DNA from: Takakia lepidozioides
Lineage: Eukaryota; Plantae; Bryophyta
Reading direction: 5' to 3'
DNA: 64,000 nt
NCBI GenBank assembly: GCA_030704615.1
Contig: CM060731.1
Span: 28,706,001-28,770,000, forward strand
The position numbers and the translations under genes are program-made. Position 1 is the stretch's first letter. Every line of letters starts with the position of its first letter. Under the pieces are notes generated by a model. It ran no database searches, was not told the DNA's origin, and saw only the letters and a list, made by a program, of their open reading frames with translations. This document shows positions 33,324-47,918 of this stretch, in pieces.

Positions 33324-36300
33324 TCAAAGGGACCTCTCATCCCTTCCAAGCCCCAGAAGCTCCAATGAATCAGGTCTGATGAAAAACACGCGCTTAGATC
33401 CGCGCCATCTGAACACTACAACACCCTTGTATGCAGTTCTTGGAACTCCATCCTGCACACACGCTGTCTGTTATGATGTGTTTCTTCGCCACAAAAGGAA
33501 AATAGAAAACCAGAAACAAAAGAATGTCCTGAGTTAGGTCCACGTCTCAAAGGTGGGAACCTGGTCTTCACTGGATCCGCTACTGGGCTGTGACAGTCTT
33601 CAGGGGGTTTTGTCAATGGACTATCATCAACAATAATAGTGTTTCCCTCATTATATACACCTGAGTAGGTACAAGAGTTACAGTAGTAGTTTCCTACTTG
33701 CCAGGGAGTGTTCTAGTTGTCTTTTGAGTGTTTTTGGTCAGGTCTTTCCTTTCGTGTCTAAACTGGGTTGCTTATAGCAAGGACAGTAGTAGTTTCCTAC
33801 CTGCCAGGGAGTGTTCGAGTTGTCTTAGAGTGCTTTTGGTCAGGTCTTTCCTTTTGTGTCTAAGCTTATAGCAAGGTCGCCACAAGAAGACCAAAGATGA
33901 ATGCCTCTCTTAAGAAAGACCTGCAGCTGAATTGCGGGGATAAGGTGAACCCTGGTGGGTGCAAACCCCACAAAAGGCTCTGGGAGGGTTGTTTCCTGCA
34001 GGGTCAAAGGCCATAAGGCTAAGGCAAGCCAACATTTGCAGGGAACGGCATTAGTACATTCTCCTAAGAATGGTCCAAAGGGCCGAAATTTAAACTCGGG
34101 GCGGGGAGTCTACCATTGAACAGAACACAGATGCAGAGAGGAAATACAAAAAGGAAAGAAGCCTCAAAAGGCCCTAGGGACACAGGAGAGAGAAAGAAAG
34201 GAAAAAAAGTGTTCAATGTCCAGAGAGAGGAGATGGCGACCTTCCATTCTTCAAAGATACCAAACTGTTGGGCAAGCTCTTCAAATTGCAGCTGGCTACT
34301 GTACTCAACCCGCACATCCTCTTCCACACTGCTGGCCTGCTGAACCACATCCTGCACAAACATAGGAACTGCCTTGGCCACCAGGGCACCAAACTCCCGG
34401 TTGAATCGGTCCTGAAAGGAACCAAAGTTCATGCATTAACCCTGCACTTTCTGCTCTTTTTAAAAGTAGTCACTAGACTACATGGTTCACCACTAGCAGG
34501 TCAACTTAGGACATGCTCACATCTTCTGTTCCAGTAAAGGCTGGGCGCTGCCCTTTCCTAGACCTCTCACACAGAGCAGACGGGTGCGTATGTTCACTCG
34601 TTGCAAACCAAGAGTTTGACATCAATAAAGGAACTGGTATTTGTGCACACTCGCCTGCTGATTACTATCCAAGCTGTAGGGCTTGGCATTCAAAGGTTAC
34701 TATCAGACCATAGACCACCCAATACCAGCAGAAATAGAGAAAGGCAGACAGAGATTTACTTCCTGCAAGAAGCCTAGATCTCTGAACCTCCAATCCACCT
34801 GCAAAAATACAAAACCAGTAAATTCCAAGGAAGGGTGCAGCAAAGAAACTTAAGCAACGTGCTGCACAAAAGAAAACCTGTGTATTGGTCTGAGAAATGA
34901 CAGCATTTTCAAGGTGCTCTGTCAACTTACAGGCACATCATTCAGTTTGATTGGTTCCAAATACTTCCGGTAAAACTGCCCAAAGCTTGAGCCCTGTTGT
35001 GCACCAGACAAATCGACCTTGTGAAATGCCTCACAACCGTGACCATCTACTACATTACTGAATGACAACCACAGAGTATCCCCTAAACAGAAGGCTGTCT
35101 GAAGACGTCATGTTGTTGCAGGTCCACATCAGTTTTGATCAGTTTCCAGAGGTACAACCTAGCTTAGCAAGCAGACATGGTAATCAAGCACCACTGTGGG
35201 GCTACAAGGCATGGAACAGTCTGAGTGGACATCAGTTAAAGAGGTCATAGGGTCACAAACAACAGAAACCATAATCCTTGCAATTCAACTCTACCAGCTA
35301 CACAACAAGCTTGTCAATCTGTTGTGTAGGGTTGGACTCCAACCACATCATCATGAAGGCAGAGGCTCAAGTATTCGTCTTCTATTGCTGTGGCCACCTA
35401 CAATCCCGATTGCCACAAACTTTGAACCACCTAAGAAGGTGCATGCAGGAGAGGAACACACCTGCTCCCCAAAGTTGTAGGTCCGGCAGACTTCAGGTCG
35501 GATGAATTGGCGACCTTTCCGTGTGTCATTAAGCCTTAGCCAGTCATCCCAGTATGTGTGGCATTAGTTCAGGAAGAAACAAACCATGTTCACTGTACAA
35601 TTGAGACTCCTCACTATGATGTATGCGTTCATACAAATTCCAAAACACACCAAGATACTTGTGAGCACCCAAACGAGCACGAAGAGCTGCGAGATGGGCA
35701 CTCAGAAAGAATGCGTGATGGTCAGCTTAGAAATCAAATTGTAGGTGCTGCAATAGCATTGCCCCGATTGACTATTGCTTTGTTCAAGGGTACTTATTTG
35801 AATGTGTGGAGAAGATCACTCTAGAATGTTAAGCCCTTCAGTAAGGTTGCAGCATGATGATAGACCCAGGTAGGTCAGAAAACACGGAAATAGGAATGTA
35901 CTCATAAGACAACGTTTGCCGTAGCCTTGTGGCCATTGACCCCGCCCCCAGTTTAAGTGGAACACAAAGGGACAAAAACTATCTTGTCAGGGGCTGACGG
36001 CGGTAGTATGACTTACCTTGGAACAGACAATTGATCTGAGTTTTCCAGATATCCTCTAGAAATCCCTTTACTCAAGCATCAACCTGCTGTGTGTGATTTG
36101 CCAATAACTAGGCCCCAAAAGGGCATGGGCTTTTGGCTTAGCCTTGAGATTTTCAAAGTTGGTAAACAGAGGTACAGACACAAATCCCTCAATGGATTTG
36201 AAGAGGGCGTCTCTCTGGTGAGAGTACCCAGGACAATGAATCAGAACATGAATCTTCAGGTTGCCCATACAACGGGCATTTGCAATCCCCCTTTCATCTC

Positions 36301-39300
36301 TGCATCTGTTTGCTGTTCAAAGGTAGGCTTCCTGCCCTGAGTTTAACTTTCAGTCTAGTGCCGAGAGTGGATAAACCCTTGAGGTCATCCATGATGTCCT
36401 CCCCATGTCACAGACTGAAAACAAGTTCAGGTGTCTGCCTAACTTCATAGAAGACAGGGAAATAGGCTGGGATGGAGGGAGAAGAAGAAATTTTGATATG
36501 TTTATGATTGGTCTTATAAGCCCGAAGGGCTAGTGGGACCAGATGGAAGATCCAAAAGACTTCCAAAACCAAGAAAGGTTGTGATGGAGGTGTTTGGTTA
36601 ATCAAGTTTGTTCTGGGGTGTTTCAAGACAGAGGGAAATAAAGTGAAAAAACTGGAGCAGCCAGGCCAGACACAACAGCCAAGATCAGTGGGGAAGTGAT
36701 GAGGATATGCTGCAGGCCAATGCGGGGCAAGTTCCTCCCAAAAACCTTTGGTAAGCATCCAACCAAGCCCTGGGAAAAAGTCTGAGCGATAGAGTGCCTC
36801 TGCGACAACCGAACCACAAGCAAACTCAGTTTTTCACAAAAACTCTGGTAAGATAGACCACGATTTGTAGGATATACAACTAAATGCATCTGCATGCATA
36901 TTGAAATATACACACACACTCTCCCTATCTATCTGGTCCACCTGATCCTTCACAGTGGTGACTGGAGAGGCACTCAGACATATGTGTCACTCCTATCCTA
37001 CCTAGAGGGCTACCTCCAGCCTTTCTATTTCTACTGTACAAGTGGCAATGCTGCCAGATCGACATACGTCACATGTGCTCAGGAGTTGACCAAGTAGCTT
37101 TGCTGATACCAAGACCATGCTATTAGTATAAGTCGATGCCAGTCCTAATGTCAAAACCACATTTCTTGTACTGAATTGTTGTTAACTAGAGAACAGATGG
37201 GCAATAGCAAGACCACTTTTTCCCCAGCCTTGGAAACCCCTACCCTCTTTTGCTGAACTATGGGAGGAGAGCTCTGCAGCAGGGGTACACGAGCGCCACG
37301 GCAAATTTGAGCTCTTTCCCATACCTCAGTGCACTGGGATCCCATGATTGGCTGGGTTGAGCACTATGTCCAGGAGGATATACCGTAGCCATGTCCACGG
37401 GAGACAGTTGATGAGTCCATCTTGTTTTGAGGTTTGCTCAAACAGTCTTTGACTTTCTTTTGGTACTTTGAGGGATCCAATGTTGGGTTCCGAATCTAGC
37501 TCAAAATAAACCACTTCATGACAGTGCCATACCCAACGTCATCACAGCATTGAAACCTAGTAATGGAAGTGAGGGCTCACCAGAATCATGCACAAATTGC
37601 TTCTGGCCATTGTCATTCCAAGAGGAGACTGCAACCACAGAGCTGATGCCCAGCAATGCCATTCCAACACTTTCAGAAAGATTACAGTAGCAGGACTCAT
37701 ATCAAGCACATAATGTCAGAAAGAATCTTTGGTTTGTAGCAGAAATGACACCAAGCCCTTTCCCCCTCTTTCCTCACACTAAAAGCCTTTGTCTGGTTGT
37801 GTAAGTGCATCTCTCTCTCTTCAAGCTCTTCCTGCCCACTAGGTAGCCTGCCATGGGTGAACTGGACATGGGAGTAGATAAGTGTCTCTGACCAAATGCC
37901 GGCCTTGTGACCCCTCGCCTATGTTTGTTTGACCTCAAGCAGATTGCTTCGGATAAGGTAGTGCATCGAATTTAGCTGGAGAGAAGGGTCTCTCCTTTAG
38001 AATATGCCTACACGGGTCATTCCCTGCAGCTCCTGTGGAGTGATGAATCTCTGAATGGTAACAAGTGGATCCCTGCTGCCTGGGGGCAGCCCCTCCGCTC
38101 GAAGTGGGTAGTTGCATGCTCAACACTCGGGCTAGGGTATGCCCTTGTGTCTAAACCTCTTACCAGCTATAAATACATCTCATTTTCCAGATAATGCTTG
38201 TATTCCCAAGAGTGATTCCTGGGAGCTGGTTACTTATGCCGAAACTAGAGCTTCTTGTGTAGTTTTTGGGGTGAATCCTAGGATGGACAGCGTGTCCATT
38301 AAAACTACTTGCTCAAGTTTAGGCTATATCTTGTTGATGGCACCATCTTGACTTGGTAAAGGAGGTGCATTAAAGGTCACTAAGACTAAGAATGCTGCAT
38401 TGACAGGTGGAGTCCCATAGCAGATTAAAATCGGAGAATTTCAACCTTGACTGGTTGGAGAGCTTAGACATTGGTGATTGCATGAGGGGCTCAGGGAAGA
38501 CAGTCAAGGATGGGGACTGTAAGCCGAAATTGGAACTCGTTTGACGCCCTGTAAGAGGTTGACCCAGAATGGGCTATTGAGGATGGCAAACCTAACCCCA
38601 AGGCCTATGCAAGAAGATCATGTCAGTCAGACCTGCCTTTGCGTGCAGTGACAGATCAAGCTGTGAATGAAGGTATGTCATGCTCAATGGCATGCCAATC
38701 CCAATGGCATGCCAATCCTCAAAGTTTACACAAGGTGATCAAAGCCTGCACGCAAAGAAGCTGACCTGATTTCCTGTTTGATAACTGTGCAATCATCGAC
38801 AGGGAACTTCAGTACAGTATTTGGCTGAGACTGAAACTGAAAGGCGCATGAGGGCTCTTTGTGGGTGTCTACATGCCAACAGAGGGAGCCCTTAGTGTGA
38901 CGCTCATAAAGCCTTCAAGGAAGTTAACCTTGACTGTGCTTAGTTCCTCACCAAAGGCCACGTGGTCTTGTTAGGAGACTGTAATGCTTGGGTGGGCAAG
39001 GGTCTACCACAGGACGACACCATTGGGCTTTTTGGCATGGATGAGCAACATTTCAAAGGCAAGTGGCTTATCTGGAAGAGCCTCAGCTTTTGAGGTTGAA
39101 CGATAGGTCAAAAGGAGACCCTTTGCAGTGGACTCAGGAAAAAGCACAAACTAGGGAATGGTTCATTGTGGATTATATCATAGTGGATAAGGGGTTGTTT
39201 CCTCAGTGTGCCATTTGTTGGTTGAAAGAACCGATATTGCTACTCCTGACCACTTTCTTGTCTGGACTGAGATCAAAAGGCGTATTCTTAACACCAAGAG

Positions 39301-42300
39301 ATCTGTGAAAATGGTCAATTTGAAAGTGGTGCATAGAAAATATCCAGAGGGAAGAGGTCAAGAAAGAATATGTCCAGGCCTTGAAAGAGGCTCCCACCCT
39401 TCACTCCATCGCTCCAAGATCTCCCTCTTGCTTGGGTGATGCCATGAAAGAGCTGTGGACTCTTAGGATAATTTTGCCACTTCTGTGGCTGCTAAGATTA
39501 TTGGAAGGAAACTAATAGTATGCGGAAGAGCAGTGCATTGGTGCACCATTGACATCAAGCTTAAGATCGGAGACGGCCGACTAGTGTAATATCAAGATGA
39601 CGCTAGCCCTCCTCCCAGTCACTAAGATGAAGTGCAACATAAGAAAGCTGTAGAGATAGTAGATACAGAAGAGGTACTCTCGCTACATCACCAATTGAGA
39701 AAGAGTTATAGAAAAAAACAGCTATACAGTCTAGCAATAGAATCCATGACATTTTTGCTGCTGCATGTTAGACCTTCATGCCACATAGTAACAATATTAT
39801 GTGTACAAAAGAAGCCAAAAGAAAGAGATGAGCTACAATCTGCCCACCTGTCCTTGTCCAACAGAGTAGCAGTAGCTTCAAAGTAGTCAAAAAAGTCGGG
39901 AGCAATTTCCATATCATCTGCCACAAGACAAATCATAGCCGAAGCTTCGAGTACATGCAAAGGATCCCTTAAAGACACCTGACTGTCAAACTAAGAAATA
40001 TTTGTACCCGAGCCCACCATAAGACATTCTTGTCCTGGACTCATTTGATGTTCAAGATTCCTTCAACTTATGACAAGGATCAAGTAGCATGTTAAGCTTG
40101 AAAAATCACTTCTGTAATGTGTTCCACCCCACTTAACTGGTGTTGATCGCCCCAATGTAACATGGTTGTGTGGTTGAGATACTTGGCAAAGGAACTCAAA
40201 CTGCTCCAGTAACTTCCCAATCCCACATCACTAAGGACTTAAGGGTAACAAATAAAGTGTAACTTTTGGACAGAAGCCAGTAATTTCTATGTATGATGCC
40301 AACTACTGATTGACATTATGCAGGTTCTCCTAAAGCTAAACCTAGGGGCAATGAGGAGATGCCACTACTACACCCCATAAATAAGTGTATTAGAATCATT
40401 TCTACCTCCCATACAGAGTAGAAACACAACTCATCAACATGAATTGGCTTCATCTGAGAAAGCAAATCTGGCCATTACAAGCTGGACAATATTTCTATCC
40501 AAACCCCACCAAAGTACAGTTGCTATTTCCGAACTACGGGAGAAAACCTTCATATTTAGAACACCGTGAATCCAGCAAGAAACTACACCCACCTTCTAAG
40601 ATGATGACCCTGTGAAAACCTTGCTTGTTAAAGAGCTCCGTGAGTGCCCACTTATAATGACCTGTAACAAACGATTGTCACTACTGTGAGAGTGTTGCCA
40701 AATCTCTCCCCCTCCCCCACCCCTCTCCCCACACTGTACCCTCACCTCTCTCTACCCTTTCGTTTTGGGTCTCTGTCAAGGCTATCCTCACTGTTATTGT
40801 GATGCTGGGATCTACGAATACAATTTTTTCCTACGGCAGTACTCACAGTATTGTAACAAGTCTTCCTTCTCTGCACATCACATCCAAGTTCCAGACCACC
40901 TAAAGTAGATTTTGATCATGCAAATGGCATGTCATCGACTGTGCTAGCACCATCCGTCCCATGCTAAGATCTATTCCATGTGGTAATAACATCCACTCTA
41001 GGCCTAAAAAGTCATCACATGGTCCACCTACTCAACTCAGGTGGGCACTATGACAGCAGGTTCTACAAGATACAGAGAAGAAGACAATTTATAAACACAA
41101 CTGTACAAAACCTTTGAAACAAAAGTGTTGTCAGCAACACAGTCAGCATTAGTAACAGAAAATTAGACAAGGATCTTACTAGCAATTTTGTAGTAAGCAA
41201 TGAGCTCCCCAGCTCTCTCTGTTTTAGGTGGCTCCTGATCTAGATGCTGGACAACCCCAACCAAATCACCAGATTTTAACACAATGGAATGCAAACACTG
41301 AAGGGCTTCTACCTACAACCATGTAAGTGAGGCCACTTATGTAAGCCGAGCACTTCAGCACTGTTCATCTTATACTCTCGGGATATTTTCTCTTTGGAGT
41401 TGAACAAATACCCGTGATCCCAAAATGTACCATAATGTGCAGCAGTGGTCCCATCTCAGATACATACTCACCTCCTCAACTGAGGGTAATGTATAGGTCT
41501 CCATTCTCAGAGCCATTATAGGTTGTTTTCTGAAAGAGGTGGGCAATCTGCTGATGCTCAGAACAGGCATTTCTTGACCTCCAAAGATGTGTTGCATTGA
41601 AATCCACAATTTGGTCCCAGTTGAATTGCATGGTTGCAAGAATATTCAGAAGTTATCAGAGCCCTGAAGTAAATCTAATGACACGAATATACAATAAGGC
41701 TTTGTCATTACCTGCAAATAGGTGATTTGACGATAACTTTGAGCCAGCGTCTTGACAGATAACATCATCCCATCCTAGATTTCCAGAGACAGACAAAGAG
41801 CATGATAAGGCCCCCCTGACAGTAACAATTCTAAACTGACTCTTCAAATGTTCAGAGCCTCATATCAGTGACATGAGCCTACAAGCTCCTCCTACTGCCA
41901 TAGAGCCACGTAAAAGGATGAGACCAGACTCAGAAAGGTACGAAGGGCAAAAATGGTCAAACCACTTGGGCCAACTTCAACTCCACTATCTGGGCATGAG
42001 AGATACACTCTCAAACACCACTTCTTGATGCAGAAGGAGTTTTAAATTTTTAATTCTCTAGTATTGTCCTCTGCCTTTCCCTCTTGTTGTGAGGAGAAAG
42101 GGATATGGTCCAAAGCAACTTTATACACAACAATCCCAATAGCATTGTCAAGCTAAAGTTTTCAGTAAAAAGATACCCCCAGTAAATAGGAGAACAGGCA
42201 GCAGCCAGAAGTTCCGGTTCGGAAGGGCAGAGACCAGCAAGCAGGTAAACTCAGACGAAGCTTACACGATCTGCCATTGTCCAATTAGCGAAGCCAATGA

Positions 42301-45300
42301 CATGAAATGTTGCCAGAAAACAAACCCAGAGGCCACCCTACCAGTCTGGGGAGGAGAGTTGGCCCATAAGCTCCTTGGGATTTATGTGGAAGTCATAAGG
42401 TTCCTATCTCTGTATCTATTCTGTAGCTACTGCAAGCAGCATCTAATCAGTACACCTCCCTTCTTCTGGGTTTTTGCTTTTCTTTATGAGCACATCTCTA
42501 CTTTAGAGCAACAATCTCTGAGTCGGGGAATTCGTCAGGGCTGGATGTCATATAGCTCGTAGAACCCTATTGCTGCACCTCTTTTTCTCATTCTTAAAGT
42601 CAAGGCAGTATATATCCTTCCCCCCCTCTCTGTTTTATTACAGCATTATTAGTACATCCCTCTTCCCTCCCCATCAACAGAAAAGGTGCAGATCATATGA
42701 TTCCGAAGGCGCACCCACTATAGTGGGTGTGCCCACAATTGCACTGAAACACACTCCAAATTCCTTCACCTTACCGCTCCTCTGTCCAACACTAGCCCAG
42801 GATCTATGGAGGTGGCAAACAGAGAAACCATGAATAGACGTGAATAGGTCTCACCTGAGAGACAAAAAGTGGGAATTTCTTTGCCACTGGACTATGATAC
42901 CTGCAGTCATACACACAAAATAATCATCAATGTTCCTATGACTTTGCGATAATCTCCAAGTTGAAGCGTGGCAGCATTTAATAAAGTCATGAAGCTAAGT
43001 TGTCTGGTAGCGTAGACAGGGTCAGACAATCACAGTTTGGTAATGCAACAAGACTGAGATCAGCATACTGGTCAAGGACAAAATCAATACAGAAGAAGCA
43101 AAACACATGATACAGGGGAAAGCATACTTCAAGACAGACTTCAATGTGCGTTCCAAATAGTCAGGCCGATTGCATGCCATAATTACCAAAGCAGCTACAG
43201 GTTCCTGTAAAAAACATCGCATAAATGAGCAAATAGCCAATCCACATAGTCCAACACACCTTGTTCATCTTCGCATGCTGGGAGCAGGATTAACCAATAT
43301 TGTGAAGGGAAGGACAACTTAGATGACCTGCTGAAGACAGGCATCCCTCTGTCTCTCTCTCTTGCTCTACTTGTGTCCATTGGGCCCTTTGGATCTCCTG
43401 TGGATGTACTCAATATCCTCCTTTCTTTCTCACCCCCTGTTGACATTATAAAGTTACTTTCTTTCTCTTTCTGTGGAAGTTACAAAGTTTTGTTCTTGCT
43501 TGCTTGCTTTCTTTGGCTTTTCTGTGTAAGTTATAAAGCTTATTACTTTATCCTATCAGGCTCACAACCGCTGGTTTCCAAACCTCCTGGTATTCTTGGG
43601 TGTCCAACTTTTTTGAGCACAATGGACTCTCCGTTGCTTCCATACTGCCTCAAAATACAGAGGGGGAGGAAATTGCGTCCAAGAAGGACTGCAGGTAGAT
43701 GCATCAGACGAGAACTTATGGAACTTCACAGCAAGCGGACATGGTAACCAGCGAATCTTACAACAAAACTGCAGTTCCAGTGGAGACATTCTTGGTCCTC
43801 TTGTGGCCCAAATACACATCTGCAGCTCTATCTCCCTCTATGGGCATTGGGGAGTCTGAGGGTGGGCTCCCATAGTCTGCGGATAGAGACTGGTAGGTGG
43901 GACAACCTGCAACGTGAGGACTGCCTATGCCCGAAAACAACAGTGAAATCGAAAGTGATGAACATTTCTTCTTTCACTGGCCCTTTCTCCTATGAGATCG
44001 ACGGGAGATTCAATTATCTATTCCATGATACCCAATTTCTCCGTAGGTCTTCCATTACGAGGATCAGAAATGCTTGGCAGCTAACCAGCTTGAGGCATTG
44101 ACTCTTAGATCCTCTGAGCCATAGTTGCTTTTGGGCTGCTTGTGGAGGGCCCCTCTCTATTTCTTGTTTCTTTCTTTCTCTTGTCCCATGAGCTTTCCGC
44201 AGACATTATAATGTACCATTTCCATTCATTTCCTTTCATCGTTATGACAGAATAGGTTCAGATGACACAGGGCTGTTGTGCAAAAATCCACCTTACCTCT
44301 ACAGATTCCTGTGATGTTGTTGTGAGCCATCCTTTGCCTGTACAAGGAACCACAGCACCTCCCCAGCCTCATTCAAAATTCGGACAATCACTGGAGGGCT
44401 GGCAAGTTTTCAGGCAGCAGTCACATAGGAATGTGTCTCAGAGGGTTGCTTTAAGTGGGAATCCAGAATAGCATTCCATCCCACTACTTTGGATGTCTCC
44501 TTCATCCACTCTTACATGCAAACATACCACTGCAGGGATGCCCCTTTATCATCCCATGTATCACACCATCACACCACATATACAAAACTCACTCTGGTAA
44601 TCTCGAAGAAGTATGCTGAGCTGCCCATTTTTCTGTTCCAGGCGTGCTCTCTCCTCTGGTATGATAGGCATCAGACTTGTTAGATCTGAGGTAAGAAATC
44701 GTTGGTGACAATCATCATGTTTCTTCTTTCAGGACATTATCTAGTGATAGTGTACCCAGTTTTCTTTGCAAATTCTTATAATCAAAGAAATACGTAATCT
44801 AAACACAACTATTCAGGGTCTAGGATTTTAGCATGTTGATACCGATGACAGGATGTACCAAGAGTAGGCTCAAGTAAAAGCTACCCAAATTTGCATCTGT
44901 AGAAGTGGAGATCATACCCTGGTTGGTTTTTGGGTCTTGAGGAAAAGTTCTACACCACAGTTTCATCCATTGAACCTTAGATAAGCACTAAGATTTTGCC
45001 ATCTGACTAGGAAAGAGGAAATGAATCATCGTAAATTGTAAATTGTAGTGCAGACCTTCCAAAGCCACAAGTCTCCCTTGTTGGGAACTATACTTGTCAA
45101 TGAGATCGCGCATATTGCTTGTGCACTGGTTCTCATTTTCAATCTGGAAATATCCCAATGTTATAAAGATATCACCCATGTTCTCTCACTTGTTGACACC
45201 CACACAAGGCACAAACCAAAGCTAGGGTAGCACACCAATGATGTCACAGCACAAGATTTTGAGACTCTCAACCTGTCACAATGATACTTCAATACAACAC

Positions 45301-45779
45301 TGACCATCCACCAAAGGCTTTCAGATCCAAAGTAAGCTCTCTACAAGGCCCCTAGAAGCGCACTGTCATTAACAAGGTCTAAAACCTCCAGCCTTCGTGA
45401 GAAATAGAGAGACCAACAGGGGTAGTGGGATCAGAACTCACGGCAACAGCAATTCGGTCAGCATACTCCGACTGAGCTACGAACAGTCGCATCTGTTCCC
45501 ATGCCCATTTGCATTCATAATTAGACAATCCAGAATTCTTCCGTGATTAGCGATTATCACATCCAGTAGAAATGAAATAAAATGAAATGGTGCTTTATAA
45601 TGTCCGCAGAAAGAGAAAGAGAGAGAGAGAGAGAAAGAGAGAGAATGTACTCATAAGACGTTGTTTGCGGTAGCCTTGTGGCCATTGACCCCGCGCCCAG
45701 TTTGAGCGGAACAAAAATGGACAGAACCTACATTTGTCAGTGGCTGAAGCCGGTAGTAAGATTTACCTTGGAATAGACA

Positions 45780-45815
<36 letters not shown>

Positions 45816-46505
45816 ATGTGTTCCACATTTGCACATCATCTGTGCGTGAGAGAGAGAAAGAGACAGAAATAGAGAGATTGCTATGCACTAAAGGCAGAGA
45901 GCCCTGCAGTTCTACCCTCATAAGATTTGGAGGTGGCGACTGAAAGGCAATTGATGTGACAGTCATATTTACTAAATATTTGGCTCAATGGCCAATTCTA
46001 ATTTGGCTTGATAGAAGAGGGTCCAGCTATGTCGTCACATTGCAGTCCCCTAATGGAGTTGACCTCAATACTTAACCTGTAACATTTAAAATAGTGGGTG
46101 CAACGCTCAGAGAGAGGAAAGAGCACGGTCCGTAAAACTGCATTTTCACCTTAATTTTATCGTCCATGAATCAAAACATAGGTCAAGCCATCCCACAGAG
46201 CATCAAGGGAACTGAGGACCAACGCAAAGCAGGACCTGCGATCACTTCTTCCCGTCTGGCTCACAAAACAACATCATCCAGATCCTCCAACAGATGGTGC
46301 CATCCCGAATTGGGGGGTACCACCATCCACAGCTCGTTGAGAACGTATCAGAAATATTTTCGACATCTTCGATCCACTCGACAGTTGGGGAGGAGGGAAG
46401 AGAAAATTAATTCAAAGAAGCAGGATATAAACTCACCTGAACGACAACAAAAAAAATAGCGGCGAGAAGGAGGCCAAGGCGTGCGCCACAAGCCACCCGC
46501 GTCAT
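33324..46505 (-). CDS. GNTI: Alpha-1,3-mannosyl-glycoprotein 2-beta-N-acetylglucosaminyltransferase (GnTI), 18 exons, 450 aa
   Basis: Exons 46505-46437, 45492-45442, 45143-45056, 44655-44593, 44337-44297, 43204-43128, 42900-42855, 41774-41712, 41246-41180, 40661-40593, 39917-39848, 37642-37581, 36799-36709, 35555-35462, 34993-34931, 34798-34760, 34411-34241 and 33452-33324 splice in frame (1353 nt). Motifs MACNRPDYL, IILEDDMEIAPDFFDYF, SSWNDNG, RSDFFPGLGWML, YWDDWLR, RPEVCRTYNFG. Confidence 0.96.
35556..36708 (-). other. U12-type AT-AC intron (GnTI intron 13)
   Basis: Donor ATATCCTC, branch TTCCTGAAC (35575-35567), acceptor AC. Splicing keeps the frame (WPAA-YWDDW). Confidence 0.9.
35893..36033 (-). 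mobile_element. Short repeat, probable 5'-truncated LINE 3' end
   Basis: Similar to 45643-45785 (-) and 47918-48037 (+). Shared CGGGGTC...GGCC...AAGGCTAC...ATGAGTACATTC. Confidence 0.6.
38760..39590 (+). mobile_element. Degenerate LINE APE-endonuclease region in GnTI intron 11
   Basis: FVGVYMPT...KGHVVLLGDCNAWVGK...DDTIGLFG...IVDYIIVD...PDHFLVW (GDFNA, IDY and SDH motifs), interrupted by stops. Confidence 0.75.
43530..44238 (+). mobile_element. LINE ORF2 C-terminus and 3' tail fragment
   Basis: LRVGSHSLRIETGRW...RED.LC...ESDEHFFF motif, ending in a CATTT-like tail. Short inverted tail copy at ~45568-45612. Confidence 0.7.
45643..45785 (-). mobile_element. Short repeat (LINE 3' end) embedded in (GA)n
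   Basis: Same family as 35893-36033, with (GA)n on both sides. Confidence 0.6.
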
Positions 46506-47409
46506 TCTCTGGATGAATCGCATATGTGTATGGTGATGTGAATGCGCCGCTGACTAATGCAAAAACTGGTACAAGCTGCAGGGGCAGCTCGTCTTTGCTG
46601 CTCACAAAGCCGCTCTTTCCCCTTGGAGCTGGCATGGGATGAGGGCCACGAGGCACTCTCGGAAAACTTGCAAGAAGGAGGGATTTGCATAGAGAAATTT
46701 ACAGACGATCGAGGCACATTTGAGCGCCATTGACCTTTCTTCACCCTGGGAGGACGAAGACGAAGCTCGAAGGATGAGGTCCTGAAATACACGTGGCAAG
46801 CTCTAGGTGACGAGGCTCAGTATCGGCATCTGGAAATAAGGTGTTCGTCCCCTTGATTCCCTTGATTGAGGGGCTGAATCAAGAAGCCACGTCTCTACTC
46901 TCCACCTATACACTGACAGCCATTTCTTTTGCACAGATCTTTGTCTTTTAATACACGGCGACTGGGATGCGGAATTTCACGATCTGGTCTTAAATCCGAC
47001 GGTCTGAATTGACACCGAAAGGGAGAATTGAAAGGAGGATTGACACCAAGTGGGAATTGAAAGAAATTTGCAGTGTTACAGAAAGCATGGAAAGGAGAAG
47101 GGGATGGCATGCCGGGGCCCCAGATCCTTGTTCTTTGTTTCTTTAGGTTGTGCTCATTTCGTTCCTATTCGGAGCATAGATTATTGTGCGAAAATTTCTA
47201 CCTTGGTTTTCTTTTTCTATGTTCTCTTCATTTCTATCACATTCATTGGCTCGAATTCCGGAATTTCTTTCAAAGAGAGGATTCCATGGTGGTAGATATC
47301 TTCATGTTTACCTACACGATCCATTTCTTGTGTTCCTGAATTCATTTGAAAGATGAAAATTGTATGGTAGCAGATCTCTTCTCTGCCGATCACAAGTTGA
47401 TTGAGGAGG

Positions 47410-47883
47410 ATGAAAGACGGTTCCAGGGATTTCCTGCTGCAGACCTTAGTTCAAAGCTTGCTGGCAGGAAGAGACCATGATGACAAAACGTCGAATTGGA
47501 AGAGTGACCCTGTTTTCATGGGACGAAGTCCGATTTTTGCAATTATGGCCTCCTCAAACCGAGCAATTCACTCGCATGACATGTACAGAAGTTCGAGAGT
47601 GGCTTCCTTTTCCATTCCTACCCCTGCAGAGGTGACGCATCATGTATTTATAATAGATTTTATGATGGGGGGAGTGTCAGCAGCAGTTTCCAAGACTGTA
47701 GCAGCTCCTCTTGAGAGAGTGAAGATGCTTGTGCAAAATCAAGGAGAACTGATCAAATCCGGCCGTCTCACTGAGCCTTACAAAGGCATAGGAGACTGCT
47801 TTCAGAGAACTTTGAGGGAGGAGGGTGCGCTTGCTCTTTGGAGAGGCAATTTGACAAATGTGATACGTTATTTTCCCACTCAG

Positions 47884-47918
<35 letters not shown>

